Below the pieces are notes generated by a model, which was not told the DNA's origin, made no database searches, and saw only the letters and a program-made list of their open reading frames with translations. From contig MU053184.1 of the NCBI GenBank assembly GCA_013239625.1, positions 16,220-80,219 on the forward strand: DNA of 64,000 nucleotides. The letters are read 5' to 3'. Origin of the DNA: Lama guanicoe. Taxonomy: Eukaryota. This document shows, in pieces, positions 62,411 through 64,000 of this stretch. Position 1 is the stretch's first letter; each line of letters begins with the position of its first letter. The position numbers were made by a program, and so were the translations under genes.

Positions 62411-63221
62411 GTGTGCCACCATCATCTGCCTCTTTGTCAAACAGAAGAAGTAGTCCACGTACATGGGTTTTGAGAATACTGTTGTGGTGATGAGCCAGGG
62501 ATTGGTGGCAGGAGATAGGGATGATGGTGCAAGAGACAGCCTGGGTTAGACGAGGCTCTGGGTCTGGAATTGTAAATCAGGCAACCCGCAGGTACATGAT
62601 GAAGCCAGAAGTCAGAACATGAGTAGAGATGGAAGCTCAAAGGGCATGATCTGAGCCTAGGAAGCCATCCAGCTGGACAGACTCTGGGCAAAAGCCCTGG
62701 CAGGAGAAAACACCCGGCCTGAGGTAGCAAAGGCCTGAAACAGGGGCTCCCCTTGAGCACAGAGCCAGGGAGAAGCCTGCTTTCCTTAGAACAGAGAGAG
62801 TTTAGCTGACCTGAGGGAGATGCAAGGCGGAGCAAAAAAAAAAAAAAGCAACCTATGTTAAATTGGAGAAAGCTGGCTCTGTAACCACACACGTAGCTGT
62901 GAATACCATGCCTGTATAGAATATGTTCCCTAAGACCCTTTAAGTTGTGAGAGTTGAGGCCTTGGGTTCCAGGCCAAGAGAATGGGAGGCAGAGCCTGGC
63001 TCAGGATGAAGGAGGAGCAGAGCTTTGGTCCTGGGCGCAGCTGCCCTCTGGGAGGGGTGGCACTAAGAATCGTCAGCACACTCAGTGTCCTTTGTTGTGA
63101 GAGTGTTCCTGGTTTCTGCCACAGATTAACATAAATGGTTCAATTTGGTGGCAGATTGATAAAGAACCACAGATCTGAGAGAAGAGTTGATAAAGTAGAA
63201 GAATCAAAACTGGACTTCTTT

Positions 63222-64000
63222 GAATGGGCAGGACTAAATAGACATTTCTCCAAAGAAGTCATATAGATGGCCAGTAGGCACATGAAAAGATGCTCAACAT
63301 TGCTAATTATTAGAGAAATGCAAATCAATACTGCAGTGAGGTATCATCTCACACTATTCAAAATGGCCACCATGAAAAAGTTTACAAATAATAAATGCAT
63401 GAGAGGGTGTGGAAAAAGGGAACCCTCCTACACAGTTGGTGGGAATGTAAATTGGTAAAGCCACTATGGAAAACAGTATGGAAGTTCCTTAAAACCTAAA
63501 AATAGAGTTGCCATATGATCCAGCAGTCCCACTCCTGGGCATATATCCAGAGGAAACTAATTCAAAAAGTTACATGCACCCCAATGTTCATAGCAGCACA
63601 GTAACGTTCATTGATTGATGACTGGATAAAGAAGATGTGGTACATATATACAATGGGATACTACTCAGCCATAAAAATGAATGAAATAATGCCATTTGCA
63701 GCAACATGGATGGACCTAGAGGTCATCATACTAAGTGAAGTAAGTCAGACAAGAGAAAAACAAGTATCAGATGATGCTGCTTATATGTGGAATCTAAAAT
63801 GTGATACAAATGGACTTACTTACAAAAGAGAAACAGACTCACAGACAGAAAACAAATTTATGGTTACCAAAGGGGAAGGTGGGGGAGGGATAAATCAGGG
63901 GTTTGGGATTAGCAGATACAAACCACTGTATATAATGTATACAAACAACAGGGTCTTATTGGATAGCACAGAGAACTATATTTAATATTTTATAATAAAG
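63222..64000 (+). mobile_element. L1 3' region (ORF2 C-terminus plus 3'UTR), runs off the window
   Basis: ORFs 63267-63458 '[29 protein letters not shown]' and 63611-63985 'DDWIKKMWYIYTMGYYSAIK..EIMPFAATWMDLE'. Confidence 0.93.

Noticed and set aside
1..64000. CRISPR arrays, tRNA/rRNA genes, operons or prokaryote-type defence systems
   Set aside because: The sequence is mammalian; I saw no regularly spaced repeats or structural RNA gene signatures.

Overview
This window is mammalian genomic DNA, not prokaryotic. It is most likely a cetartiodactyl and probably a camelid: the young L1 3' ends are of artiodactyl type, and I see no Alu, B1, SINEC, Bov-tA, PRE-1 or CHR SINEs (inference). I find no supportable intact protein-coding sequence; the ORF track is GC-rich noise plus transposon remnants. 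The main host feature is a CpG island (~16.95-17.66 kb) with a strong + strand splice donor (CAG|GTGAGC, 17312/17313). It is probably the non-coding first exon of an unidentified gene whose long 5' intron(s) fill the rest of the window. The remainder is a layered fossil record of transposable elements: MIR, L2, L3, old and young L1, MLT1/MLT2/MER21 LTRs, an ERVL 3' LTR with PPT and pol/dUTPase remnants, a ~2.6 kb hAT Charlie element with readable transposase motifs, Zaphod, MER20, MER58, MER5 and MER63. Between the repeats are unique blocks that look like conserved enhancers, some with PBX-HOX/MEIS motifs. The most unusual object is a ~290 bp composite L1-mediated insertion at 40503-40790, apparently 3' transduction plus an inverted 5'UTR piece, nested inside the Charlie transposase. 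I did not find convincing evidence of a new biological system. Repeat family names come from recalled consensus sequences, and boundaries without TSDs are approximate.
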